This document shows, one piece after another, positions 16,295 to 25,140 of a stretch of 25,233 nt of DNA (its first letter is position 1; each line of letters begins with the position of its first letter). The DNA is from a virus (taxonomy: Duplodnaviria; Caudoviricetes): IMG/VR virus record IMGVR_UViG_3300005804_000005, positions 1 to 25,233 of that record. The stretch is one strand, 5' to 3'. The position numbers were made by a program, and so were the translations under genes. A model generated the notes under the pieces. It was not told where the DNA came from, searched no databases, and saw only the letters and a list, made by a program, of their open reading frames with translations.

Positions 16295-17437
16295 ATGGCT
16301 GGCGCATCGGCTGCGGCCTCTATCATCGGGACCGGCGTTTCTGTCGGTTCCTCGCTCCTCGACTCCAGCAAGTCAGACGCCGCCTCTGCCAAGGCCGAAG
16401 CGGCCCAGAAGTCGGCGGACGCCTCCTATTTCAACGCCCAGCGGGACATGCTGGACGCCGTCCGGCTGCAGAACGAATCCGACATGGAGTCGGAATTCAC
16501 GACCTTCACCTATGACCGCGAAGCGGCATGGATCGAGGCCTGGACTCCTGTTGAGGAAGCCTATCAGAAGATTTCGGTCAATCAGTCGAAGCTCTCGGCC
16601 TATCAGGACGCCGATGTCTCGGCCAAGCTGGCCGTTGACCTGGCTCTTGGGCAGGTCGGGAACATCTTCAAAACGGCCCTGTCTGAGGCGGATATTGCCA
16701 ACATGACCGCCGAGGCCAAGGCGAAATATACCGAAGCAAAAGGGCGCAGCGAGAGCAGGCAACTGGAAGCCGAGCGTGCCTACCAGCTGGACCAGATGCG
16801 GATGGAAGCCCGGCAGCAGGAAGGCGAGGTCGTGGCCAAGATTGCCAGTCAGGGCCGGGAAATGACCGGAAGCGCCCTCGATGTCATGCAAAAGTATGAC
16901 GACATCAACGGCAAGAAGGCCGCCTATCTCAAGCTCAAGGCAGGATCGCAAATATCCGACGTAGCCTTTGATGCCGGATATGATGCCGCGACAACTCGTA
17001 GATCAGGACACCTGCAAGCTCAGGAAATTATCAATGATGCCGTCAACAAGGGCGACTCTCTTATTTCCGAAGCGGAAATAAAGAATGAGGGCATCACGCA
17101 GGAATTGAACTCAAACATCAGTTTCTTGGACTCCAAGCTGGAATACAGCCTTCTTACCATGAAGACTGAATCAGAACGATCTGTCTATCTCATGAAGGAA
17201 GAGGGGTGGCGCAGCGTTTGGAACCTTGAGCAGGACACCCAGGACAGTATCTGGAGCCTGCAATATGACATGATGGACCAAATTTACGGTGGCAGCAGTT
17301 CTGCATCTGCATCGTCAAAATATGATGAACAATCATCGTCCACCGATTGGGGCTCTCTGGCTAAGGCCGGGTCAAGCCTCATGTCCGGGGTCCCGAACGT
17401 TTATTCGAGCGGGGTGAAAGCGCAATGGTGGAGTTAG
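16295..17437 (+). CDS. Internal virion / ejection protein (gp14-like, extended), 380 aa
   Basis: AGGAGGT RBS, small-residue hydrophobic N-terminus (MAGASAAASIIGTGVSVG), internal QEG...A..ASQG....GSALDV motif, amphipathic Gly/Ser C-terminus. Confidence 0.65.
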   Translation: MAGASAAASIIGTGVSVGSSLLDSSKSDAASAKAEAAQKSADASYFNAQRDMLDAVRLQNESDMESEFTTFTYDREAAWIEAWTPVEEAYQKISVNQSKLSAYQDADVSAKLAVDLALGQVGNIFKTALSEADIANMTAEAKAKYTEAKGRSESRQLEAERAYQLDQMRMEARQQEGEVVAKIASQGREMTGSALDVMQKYDDINGKKAAYLKLKAGSQISDVAFDAGYDAATTRRSGHLQAQEIINDAVNKGDSLISEAEIKNEGITQELNSNISFLDSKLEYSLLTMKTESERSVYLMKEEGWRSVWNLEQDTQDSIWSLQYDMMDQIYGGSSSASASSKYDEQSSSTDWGSLAKAGSSLMSGVPNVYSSGVKAQWWS

Positions 17438-17439
17438 GC

Positions 17440-20400
17440 ATGCTGGATGGGCAAACGGCTCAGGACGACAACTTCTGGGACGGCTACAAATCAAAGGTCG
17501 AAGACCGCCTCATCCGGGATGCCGAGCATTCCCTGGTGGACGCCGGGGCCGTGCCGCCGCCGGCCGATCCTTTCCAGACGTTCGCGCAGTCCCCGGACGG
17601 CCAGGCCGTGGCGGCCAAGGTTGAGGAGCAAAAAGCGAAGCTCTCCGTCTTTCAGCAGTCTTTCAACAAGACCGCCGAAGATCCGGCCATGCCGCAGCCC
17701 ACAGAGGCCGGAAATATCGACCTCAACAACCGGCCTGTCATCAAGAATGCCGATGGAACCATTTCCACGGTCCGCTCCATGTCCTTTAACGAAGGGAGCG
17801 GGGAAATCCTCATCCCGACCACGGCCGAAGACGGAAGCCGCATTCTTTCCGATGATGAGGCCATTCAGCAGTTCCATCAGACGGGCAAACATCTTGGGAA
17901 GTTTGCCACTCCCGAGGACGCCACGGCCTACGCGCAGCAACTCCACGAGAAGCAGTCCCAGCAGTATGGTCAGTCTCAGGACGCCCCACCTGCCTCATCT
18001 CCTTCTCGATCTCAGGCTTATGTCCCCGGCTCCATCGTCGCAAAATACGAGTCTGGAAACGATCCAGGGCTTGTCTCCACGGGAGACAAATGGGGCGATC
18101 CCGGAGGCGTGTCCTACGGTAGATACCAGCTGGCCTCGAAGACCGGGACCATGGATGCGTTCCTCAAGGCTTCTGGAGAACAGGCCCCTGGACCGGTAAA
18201 TTCTCCCGAGTTCAAGGCCTGGTGGAAAGAGCGCAGCCAAGACCCTGCGTTCAACGAAAAGCAGCATCAGTTCATCATGGACTCGCACGTTGCCCCTGTT
18301 ACCCAAAAAGCCCAGGCCATGGGCGTGGATGTCTCTTCTCCGGCCGTGCAGGAGATGTTCTACGCCATGGGCAACGCCCACGGTCCGGCTGGCGCTCAAA
18401 AGATTCTCTCCCGGGCTTTGGAAGGGACTGATCCGAAGTCGCTTTCTCCGGCCGATCTCATCCAGCGCGTTTACGCCGAGCGCATGAAGGGGTCGGGGGA
18501 ATCCCTGGAATACTGGCGGTCATCTCCGGCCAACGTCCAGGCCAGCGTCAAGAACCGACTGCGCAACGAGATGGCCGATGTCGCCGCGTTGCTGGACGGA
18601 CCGCAGGCCGGGATGCAGGCGGCAGGCTATGGCCAGGGGAAGACTTCCGGCCTCGCCACTTCTCCGGCCCGGACACCGTTCGAACAGGCAGGAGCCGCTG
18701 CGGCCAATATCTTCAGCGATGCCTGGCAGCGCACCAAGGACTACGGAAACAAGGCTCTGGGTAACACCTACGCCGGCATGGGCGGCTTCTTCCGGACCCT
18801 GGATGACCTTTCCAGTGACATCGCCACGGTCACCGGAACGGACAAGGGCGGCGTTTTCAAGGCGCTCATGGAAGAGTCCGACAAGTGGGCCGCGCACTTC
18901 AATGGCCAGGTCAAATTCGACGACTACATGACCAACGTGGTCGGCGGCATCCTGGGCAGTGCCCCAGGCATCATGGAGTTTTCCATGGGCCCGGCCTTTG
19001 CCGGCCTCAAGGGCTACGCGGAGGGAGGGCTGACCACTGCGGCGAAGTCGGCGGCGACCTGGGGCATTATGAAGGGCATCCTGCACGCCACAAATGCCTT
19101 GCCCATGTTCCTGCGTGCCCCGACGACCGGGGCGGCTTTCACCGGCCAGGCCGTGGCTGACGGCGTGACCGATCCGGGCCAGCTGGCCGAAGCCTTCGGC
19201 GTCGGAGCCGGAATGGGTCTCATGACGCCGCAAACGCGCACGCCCTGGAATGAACGCCTGCCAGGCGTCGATTACGATGCCATGACCGACGAGAATATTC
19301 TGAATCTACACCGGGCGGTGACGAACGGCGAGACCGACCTTGCCACTTACGAGGTCGGCAAGCGCCTGCTCAAGGACATCCCCGGCCTGTCAGATCGGGT
19401 TTCGGTTGAAGTCGCTCCGGCGCTCATGCTGGCAAGTAAGGAGCTTTCCAGCCAGTACGGCATCAGCGGAGAGGGCAAGATTGTCGGCAGTCATACGCCC
19501 AACGTCGAGGTTGAGCCTGGCGTTTTCCGCGACATGGTGAAGCTCTACGATGGCCATATGCCGGCCGTGGACATCCTGCATGAAGTTGGCGGCCACATCG
19601 TGGAGCGCCTGTTGCCGCAGTTCCCGAGCATCGAACAAGAACTTCTCGGCAGTTGGAAAGAGTCCGGAGCTGAAGCCAGAGGCATTGATTTCTTCGAGTT
19701 CACGGCCGACGAGGTGGCTCGATCCTACCTGCAGCAGGGTCTGTTCATGGGGCGTGGCGAAGGGTCAGCCTGGGGCGCGTTCGTTGGTCAGGTCAAGGGC
19801 GTGTTTGACCGGACCCTGGACCGCGTGGGCATGCTGCCCGAAAGCCGTGCTCCCAAGGATTTTGACCAGTTGGTGCAGCAGTCGCTGCAGGAAGGCCGGA
19901 CGTTCAAGGGGCTTGGAGCCCCTGGCCCGAAGGAAATGGAAGCCCGCGTCCGCCCCGTCGCCGAGTCCAAGAACTGGGAAGAAATCGGCAAGTGGGGATT
20001 CGGTGACGAGACCACACCTTTCGAGGTCCATGACAAGCTTCAGTCCATTGAGCCTGACGTCATCGTCAACAACCTCCCCCCGCCGCTCAAAGCCAAAAGC
20101 CTGGGCATCAACTACAGCAAGATCGAGTCCGAGGCAGACATTGCCGGCCTGATCAACAAAGTCGAAACAGCCCTGGCCCCGGACATCGACGCGGCCAGGC
20201 GTTACGAGCGCAGCCACGACACCACGTCCCAAGCCGCCGAAGACCTGGGCATGACTGAGGCTGACTTACTCAACCGCATGCGTGGCGACGGCTGGAACGC
20301 CGAGAAGACCTATGCCGCTCGCATCATCATGAACTCATCGGCCGAAGACCTGATGCGCCGGGCCAGGGAGATCAAGGAAGGCGACAACTCCGACGCCGCG

Positions 20401-22512
20401 TTGCTCGCCTTCCGACGCCGCATGGAAGTTCATGCGGCGCTGCAGGCCCATGTGGCCGGGCTGCGGGCCGAAGCCGGCCGGGCACTCAACCAGTGGAAGA
20501 TGATGGCCAGCACGCAATTTATCGACCCGCAGCTGATGGATAAGCTGACCGGCGAAGACATGGCGAAACTGACCGATCAGGCCGGCGGGCGGCGCATGAT
20601 CGAGGAGGCTGCGGCTGCCCTGGCTGATGCGTCCAAGGACGGCCCGGTCCAGGCCGGCCGGATAAACGCCGAGGTGCACAACCTGCGTCAGCGCACATTC
20701 GGGGACTGGCTGCTGGCCTACCGTTATGCGTCCATGCTGTGCGGTCCGAAAACGCATGTTGCCAACATCATGGGCAACTTCCTGGTGGCCGGCATGGCCA
20801 TCCCTGAGCGCGCCATCGCCAGCATGCTGGGCAAGGGGTTCAATAAGGCCAGGGACGTTACCGGACTAGCCTGGGGGTGGCTGTCTGATGGCAATGGCGA
20901 CGTGTCCACGCTGGAGGCCAAGGCTATGGCTTTTGCCCTGTGGCAGAACCAGGGTGACGCATTAAAACTGGCCTGGGAGGCTGCCAAGACCGGCGAGTCG
21001 ATGTTCGGCGGCAAGCAGAAGCAGGACTATCAGCCCATGTTCGGCCAGGGAGCCCCTGGCTGGATCGGCAAGATGCTTCCCGAGTCCATGAACAAGGCTG
21101 CCGACGCCTTGTGGACGGGCCTTGGCGTCCCCGGCCGGATGCTTGGAGCCGAAGACGAATATTTCAAATTCCTGGGCTACCGGCAGGAACTGGCGGCAAG
21201 GGCTTTCCGACAGGCGGCCATCGAGGGAAAGGAGGGACCAGACATCACTGCCAGGGCCAAGGAATTGATGGACCAGCCGACCGAGGAGATGAGCAAAGCG
21301 GCTCTCGATTTTGCCCGGGTGCAGACGTTTTCCCAGGACATGGGCGACACGATGTCCGCCCTTAACCGCTTCCGTAACTCCAATCTGGGACTGAAATTGG
21401 TCATGCCGTTCGTGTCCACTCCGTACAACATTCTTCAGTACAGTCTGGACAGAACTCCGGTTGCCTTTATCAAAACGAGCTTCTGGAATGATTTCCAGGC
21501 CGGAGGGGCAAAGCGTGACTTGGCCCTGGCCCGTGTGGCTCTAGGCTCCACCCTCATGGGTATGGCCGTCCAGGCAGCCGCAGCTGGGCTCATTACGGGG
21601 GACGGTCCCAGCGAACCGAAAGAGCGCGAAGCCTGGATGCGCGTCTACCAGCCAAACAGCGTCAAAGTCGGTGACACTTGGTATTCCTACGCCCGAACAG
21701 AGCCTGTCGGCACGTTGCTGTCGGCGGCGGCCAACGCTCGCATGATCATCCAGGAGTGGGATAGCGTTGGTCAGGAAAGAGACCTGCCAACCCTGACCAC
21801 TGCCTTGGCCCTAGCTGCAGCCAAAACGATCACCAGCAAGACATGGCTGCAGGGCGTTGCTGACGTTATGAACGCCATCACCTACCCAGAAGCCAAGGGC
21901 CCGAGGTTGCTGCAAGGCTTTGCGGGGTCGTTCGTCCCGGCCCTGGCCCGCGATGTTGTGGTGGAGACAGACCCCGAAGTAAAGGCCGTCTACAGTTGGA
22001 TGGATGCCATGAAATCGCGCATTCCCGGCCTGTCCGACAGCCTGCCGCCCAAGCGAGACATCTGGGGTGACCCCTACCAAGTCCACGCCGCCGGCGAGGG
22101 CATCTATCTGGGCTGGCTCTCCCCGATCAAAGTCAAGACCGGCGACGTGGCCGCTATCGACCATGAGCTGCTTCGGCTGGAATGGGGTCCTTCCATGCCG
22201 AAACGCACACAGTCGTTGCAAGGGGTTTCCGTCGAGCTCACGCCGCAGGAGTTTGATCGGATGATTGAGCTTTCGACTCAGGTCATCCGAAAGCCAGGCG
22301 AGGATGGCGTTGGCCGTTCCATGAAGGCCAACCTTGAACGGATTATTAAGACCCCAGGATATAAGCGCCAGGACGACGAGCAGAAGAAACAGACCATCCT
22401 GCGCGAAATCCAGATATACCGCCAAGCGGCTCAAATCCGTCTCATCAAGGAAAACCCACGACTGCAGGCGCTGATAACCATCGGCCTGCGTGAGAGAGGG
22501 AGAACCCAGTAA
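17440..22512 (+). CDS. Large multidomain ejection protein (gp16-like) with lysozyme-like domain, ~1690 aa
   Basis: Longest ORF in the window. KYESG...D.GG.SYG.YQL muramidase-like motif, HEVGGH motif, C-terminal PF..TP.NI / SY.R.EP / PKRDIWG motifs. Start at 17440 (GGAG RBS) preferred over 17425. Confidence 0.85.
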   Translation: MLDGQTAQDDNFWDGYKSKVEDRLIRDAEHSLVDAGAVPPPADPFQTFAQSPDGQAVAAKVEEQKAKLSVFQQSFNKTAEDPAMPQPTEAGNIDLNNRPVIKNADGTISTVRSMSFNEGSGEILIPTTAEDGSRILSDDEAIQQFHQTGKHLGKFATPEDATAYAQQLHEKQSQQYGQSQDAPPASSPSRSQAYVPGSIVAKYESGNDPGLVSTGDKWGDPGGVSYGRYQLASKTGTMDAFLKASGEQAPGPVNSPEFKAWWKERSQDPAFNEKQHQFIMDSHVAPVTQKAQAMGVDVSSPAVQEMFYAMGNAHGPAGAQKILSRALEGTDPKSLSPADLIQRVYAERMKGSGESLEYWRSSPANVQASVKNRLRNEMADVAALLDGPQAGMQAAGYGQGKTSGLATSPARTPFEQAGAAAANIFSDAWQRTKDYGNKALGNTYAGMGGFFRTLDDLSSDIATVTGTDKGGVFKALMEESDKWAAHFNGQVKFDDYMTNVVGGILGSAPGIMEFSMGPAFAGLKGYAEGGLTTAAKSAATWGIMKGILHATNALPMFLRAPTTGAAFTGQAVADGVTDPGQLAEAFGVGAGMGLMTPQTRTPWNERLPGVDYDAMTDENILNLHRAVTNGETDLATYEVGKRLLKDIPGLSDRVSVEVAPALMLASKELSSQYGISGEGKIVGSHTPNVEVEPGVFRDMVKLYDGHMPAVDILHEVGGHIVERLLPQFPSIEQELLGSWKESGAEARGIDFFEFTADEVARSYLQQGLFMGRGEGSAWGAFVGQVKGVFDRTLDRVGMLPESRAPKDFDQLVQQSLQEGRTFKGLGAPGPKEMEARVRPVAESKNWEEIGKWGFGDETTPFEVHDKLQSIEPDVIVNNLPPPLKAKSLGINYSKIESEADIAGLINKVETALAPDIDAARRYERSHDTTSQAAEDLGMTEADLLNRMRGDGWNAEKTYAARIIMNSSAEDLMRRAREIKEGDNSDAALLAFRRRMEVHAALQAHVAGLRAEAGRALNQWKMMASTQFIDPQLMDKLTGEDMAKLTDQAGGRRMIEEAAAALADASKDGPVQAGRINAEVHNLRQRTFGDWLLAYRYASMLCGPKTHVANIMGNFLVAGMAIPERAIASMLGKGFNKARDVTGLAWGWLSDGNGDVSTLEAKAMAFALWQNQGDALKLAWEAAKTGESMFGGKQKQDYQPMFGQGAPGWIGKMLPESMNKAADALWTGLGVPGRMLGAEDEYFKFLGYRQELAARAFRQAAIEGKEGPDITARAKELMDQPTEEMSKAALDFARVQTFSQDMGDTMSALNRFRNSNLGLKLVMPFVSTPYNILQYSLDRTPVAFIKTSFWNDFQAGGAKRDLALARVALGSTLMGMAVQAAAAGLITGDGPSEPKEREAWMRVYQPNSVKVGDTWYSYARTEPVGTLLSAAANARMIIQEWDSVGQERDLPTLTTALALAAAKTITSKTWLQGVADVMNAITYPEAKGPRLLQGFAGSFVPALARDVVVETDPEVKAVYSWMDAMKSRIPGLSDSLPPKRDIWGDPYQVHAAGEGIYLGWLSPIKVKTGDVAAIDHELLRLEWGPSMPKRTQSLQGVSVELTPQEFDRMIELSTQVIRKPGEDGVGRSMKANLERIIKTPGYKRQDDEQKKQTILREIQIYRQAAQIRLIKENPRLQALITIGLRERGRTQ

Positions 22513-23430
22513 ATGACCATCGAATCCACGACGAACAAGGTCCTGTATTCCGGGACTGGCGGGCAGGTGGCGTTCCCGTACAGCTTTCGCATCTTCGAGG
22601 CTGCCGACATGGTTGTCATCCTCTTGGATGCCGAGGGCGTTGAGACGCCGCTTACGCTGAACACGGACTTCGCGGTTTCTGGCGTGGGAGATATCGGGGG
22701 AGGGACCGTTACCCTCATCGGTGATTATGCAGTTTCCGGAAGCAAAGGGCCTCCTCCAATCGGGGAGAAGATTTTGCTCAAGCGCGTGCTGCAACTCAAG
22801 CAGGAAACGGACTACACCGAAGGGGGGGCCTTCCCGGCTGAATCGCATGAAGCCGCTCTGGATCGCCTGGTTTGCATTTCACAGCAGATACAGGAGCAGT
22901 TGGACAGGTCGATCAAGGTTACCGAAACAAACACGGAAACCCCGATGTCGGCCGAGGACATCCTTGATGCGGTTGGCGACCTGGAAACAGCCACCGCTGC
23001 CGCGCAGCAGGCTTCCGTGAGCGCGGCGGAAGCGAAGGCTGACGCGGAACAAGTCGCCGCTGACAGGATCGCATGCGATGCCAATTCCGCTGCCACGGAC
23101 CTGGCCAAAGGTATTGCCGTTGCCTCCGCCAGCGCCGCCCAGGGCTACGCCACATCGGCCGGGGCCAACAGCGCGGCCCCGGCCTGGTCCCCGGTGACCT
23201 CCTATAGCTTCCCGGACATCACGGCATACACCGATGGCAATACCTACCGGTGCACCGGCGCCGACATCGTAGGCGAGGCCCCTGACACCTCGGCCAATTG
23301 GGTCAGGCTGACCACGCGCATGACGGATTTTTTTGACCTGGATGACGGCGGCGACCTGATGCCGGCCGTTACCCCCGGTTACAGCGTCGAATTCGAATTG
23401 GACGTCAATGGCGACGTCCAGCCCAGATAA
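22513..23430 (+). CDS. Tail fibre / fibre adaptor with T7 gp17-like N-terminal attachment domain, 305 aa
   Basis: YSG.G....FPYSFRIF...D, Q.TDY..GG.FPAESHE.ALDRL, Ala-rich coil, then an AW.....Y...D.....G.TYRC module. Confidence 0.85.
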   Translation: MTIESTTNKVLYSGTGGQVAFPYSFRIFEAADMVVILLDAEGVETPLTLNTDFAVSGVGDIGGGTVTLIGDYAVSGSKGPPPIGEKILLKRVLQLKQETDYTEGGAFPAESHEAALDRLVCISQQIQEQLDRSIKVTETNTETPMSAEDILDAVGDLETATAAAQQASVSAAEAKADAEQVAADRIACDANSAATDLAKGIAVASASAAQGYATSAGANSAAPAWSPVTSYSFPDITAYTDGNTYRCTGADIVGEAPDTSANWVRLTTRMTDFFDLDDGGDLMPAVTPGYSVEFELDVNGDVQPR

Positions 23431-23439
23431 GGAGAATCC

Positions 23440-24969
23440 ATGGCGACCAAGAACATTGTCCCCAGGGCAAATGGTGAAGGCGGCATCGGGACCAGCGCCA
23501 AGCGATGGCTGAATGCCTTCTTTCAGAACCTTAACGGGTTGCCCGTGAGCTCCACCGGTGCGGCCACGGAAACCGCCTCCGGGCTGGTGGAGCTTTCCAC
23601 CAGCGAAGAGGCCGTGGCCGGTACCGACGCGCTTAGGGCCGTCACCCCGGCCGGGCTAAGCGCGGTGGCCACGATATGGAAGGGACCTGTCGTCTCCACT
23701 TATGCGACCGCGACCACCTTATTGGTGAGCACGGATGATGCCGCCAAGCTGACTTCGGGCATGCGCGTCAAGGCCGACTGTGGCGCTGACGGGACAAAGT
23801 ATGGGCTGGTCTCGGGCATCGCCGGGCAGACGATCACGCTGACGATGGACACGGGGCACACGCTGACGGCCAACCTCGTGCAGGTTTGGTATTCCACCCG
23901 CATCCCGACGCCGGCTGACGTCGGCGCAATGGCTCTCTCCGCAAATATCAATACCCCGGGTATTTTCTCCAGGGATATCCGGTTTGCTGCCAAAACTGTT
24001 TCGGTCGCGGCGGACAGATACATAATTTTGAGCCCGAACAGGATGCTGGTTGATGTCAACGGCACGGCTCTGGCTTTGGCCGCGCAGCAGGCCCTAGACC
24101 TGTCCTTGGCCGCCACATGGGACAGCGTGACCACCGACTATCGCGTGGCCGCCGCCCGGGCAGGCAAGGACTTCTACGTCTACGCCTGCATCAACTCCGG
24201 TTCGCTGAAGCTGCTGGTGTCCGCCAATGCCACATACCCCAGCGGCTTTGATGCCACGACCTCCCGCAAGATCGCCGGCTTCCACTGCCTCTGTGCTGCG
24301 GTCGGCACGATCAGTGGGCACACTCTTTCCGGCTACCTGGCCGGCGACATCCTCCCCGCGTCGGTGTGGGACCTCAAGCACCGCCCCGTCTGCACCCCGG
24401 AGGGCATGGTCTACGTGGATGGTCTCGGGAAGTGGGTGGACATCTACCTGGCGTCGGTAAGCGGCGGCAAGTTGGTGTCGGCCTACAACGCCACCTGTGC
24501 CGATGGGGCCAGCGCCACGCTGTTCGACTGGTACGACTTCAGCGAGTGGTTGGGCCGTATAGGCAAACGGCTCCCATTCCAATCCGAGTTCATGGCCGCT
24601 GCTGTTGGCTCAAATGAAGGGACCAACATTGCCGGCTCTGCCGATCCTGGAACGACCGGAGGGAAAACCGACACTGCCGGCCGGCGGATGATTTCCCATG
24701 CTGGCGTGGAAGATTGTTGCGGCAACCTCTGGCAATGGGGGATCGAGGCTGGAGCCGTGGCCGGGACGGCGGCCTACAAAGACCAATTCGTGGCTGGCCG
24801 GACAACACAGCGAGGACAAGGCTACAATGAGCCGACCCGTGCGCTCTTGGGCGGCGATTGGACTAATGGGGCGTATTGCGGCTCGCGCGGTTCGTCTTGG
24901 TCTGACGGTCCGCTGGCTCTGCGTTCGATTTGCGGTGCGCGCGGGGTCGCGGAGCCGTTGGCCGCATAG
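23440..24969 (+). CDS. mtd: Mtd-like receptor-binding (tropism determinant) protein with C-terminal CLec-fold domain, DGR target, 509 aa
   Basis: AGGAG RBS, tail-fibre repeat ATE...GLVEL....E...GTD..RAVTP, PEGMV...WVDIYLAS, GVEDCCGNLWQW and RALLGGDW...CGSR motifs. The VR encodes nearly all of the last ~43 codons. Confidence 0.9.
   Translation: MATKNIVPRANGEGGIGTSAKRWLNAFFQNLNGLPVSSTGAATETASGLVELSTSEEAVAGTDALRAVTPAGLSAVATIWKGPVVSTYATATTLLVSTDDAAKLTSGMRVKADCGADGTKYGLVSGIAGQTITLTMDTGHTLTANLVQVWYSTRIPTPADVGAMALSANINTPGIFSRDIRFAAKTVSVAADRYIILSPNRMLVDVNGTALALAAQQALDLSLAATWDSVTTDYRVAAARAGKDFYVYACINSGSLKLLVSANATYPSGFDATTSRKIAGFHCLCAAVGTISGHTLSGYLAGDILPASVWDLKHRPVCTPEGMVYVDGLGKWVDIYLASVSGGKLVSAYNATCADGASATLFDWYDFSEWLGRIGKRLPFQSEFMAAAVGSNEGTNIAGSADPGTTGGKTDTAGRRMISHAGVEDCCGNLWQWGIEAGAVAGTAAYKDQFVAGRTTQRGQGYNEPTRALLGGDWTNGAYCGSRGSSWSDGPLALRSICGARGVAEPLAA
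24836..24956 (+). repeat. DGR variable repeat (VR)
   Basis: 121-bp ungapped match to 25020-25140, 20 mismatches all opposite A in the other copy, located at the 3' end of the Mtd-like CDS. Confidence 0.96.
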
Positions 24970-25019
24970 CGACGCTCCGCAACGCGTATTGCTCCGCGAT
25001 TATTTGGCTGGTGCGTCTC

Positions 25020-25140
25020 CCCGTGCGATCTTGGGCGGCAATTGGAATAATGGAGCGTATTGCGGCTCGCGCAGTTCGAATTGGAATAACAGTCCGCTGA
25101 ATCTGAATTCGAATTACGGTGCGCACGGGGTCACGGAGAC
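25020..25140 (+). repeat. DGR template repeat (TR)
   Basis: Intergenic A-rich copy of the VR with 28 adenines and nine AAY codons (8 AAT, 1 AAC) in the target reading frame. Confidence 0.96.

Noticed and set aside
4687-22848. Long minus-strand ORFs (4687-5589, 6263-7459, 9566-10513, 21811-22848 and others)
   Set aside because: Antisense shadows of GC-biased + strand genes, with no recognisable motifs and full overlap with well-supported CDSs.
1-24835. Second VR target, RT gene, integrase, tRNA or att site
   Set aside because: None recognised by eye. A local alignment of the TR against the whole genome would be needed to exclude remote targets.
24836-25140. VR/TR pair as a CRISPR array or a simple tandem duplication
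   Set aside because: Only two 121-bp copies with no spacer series, and strictly adenine-specific divergence is not expected from neutral decay.
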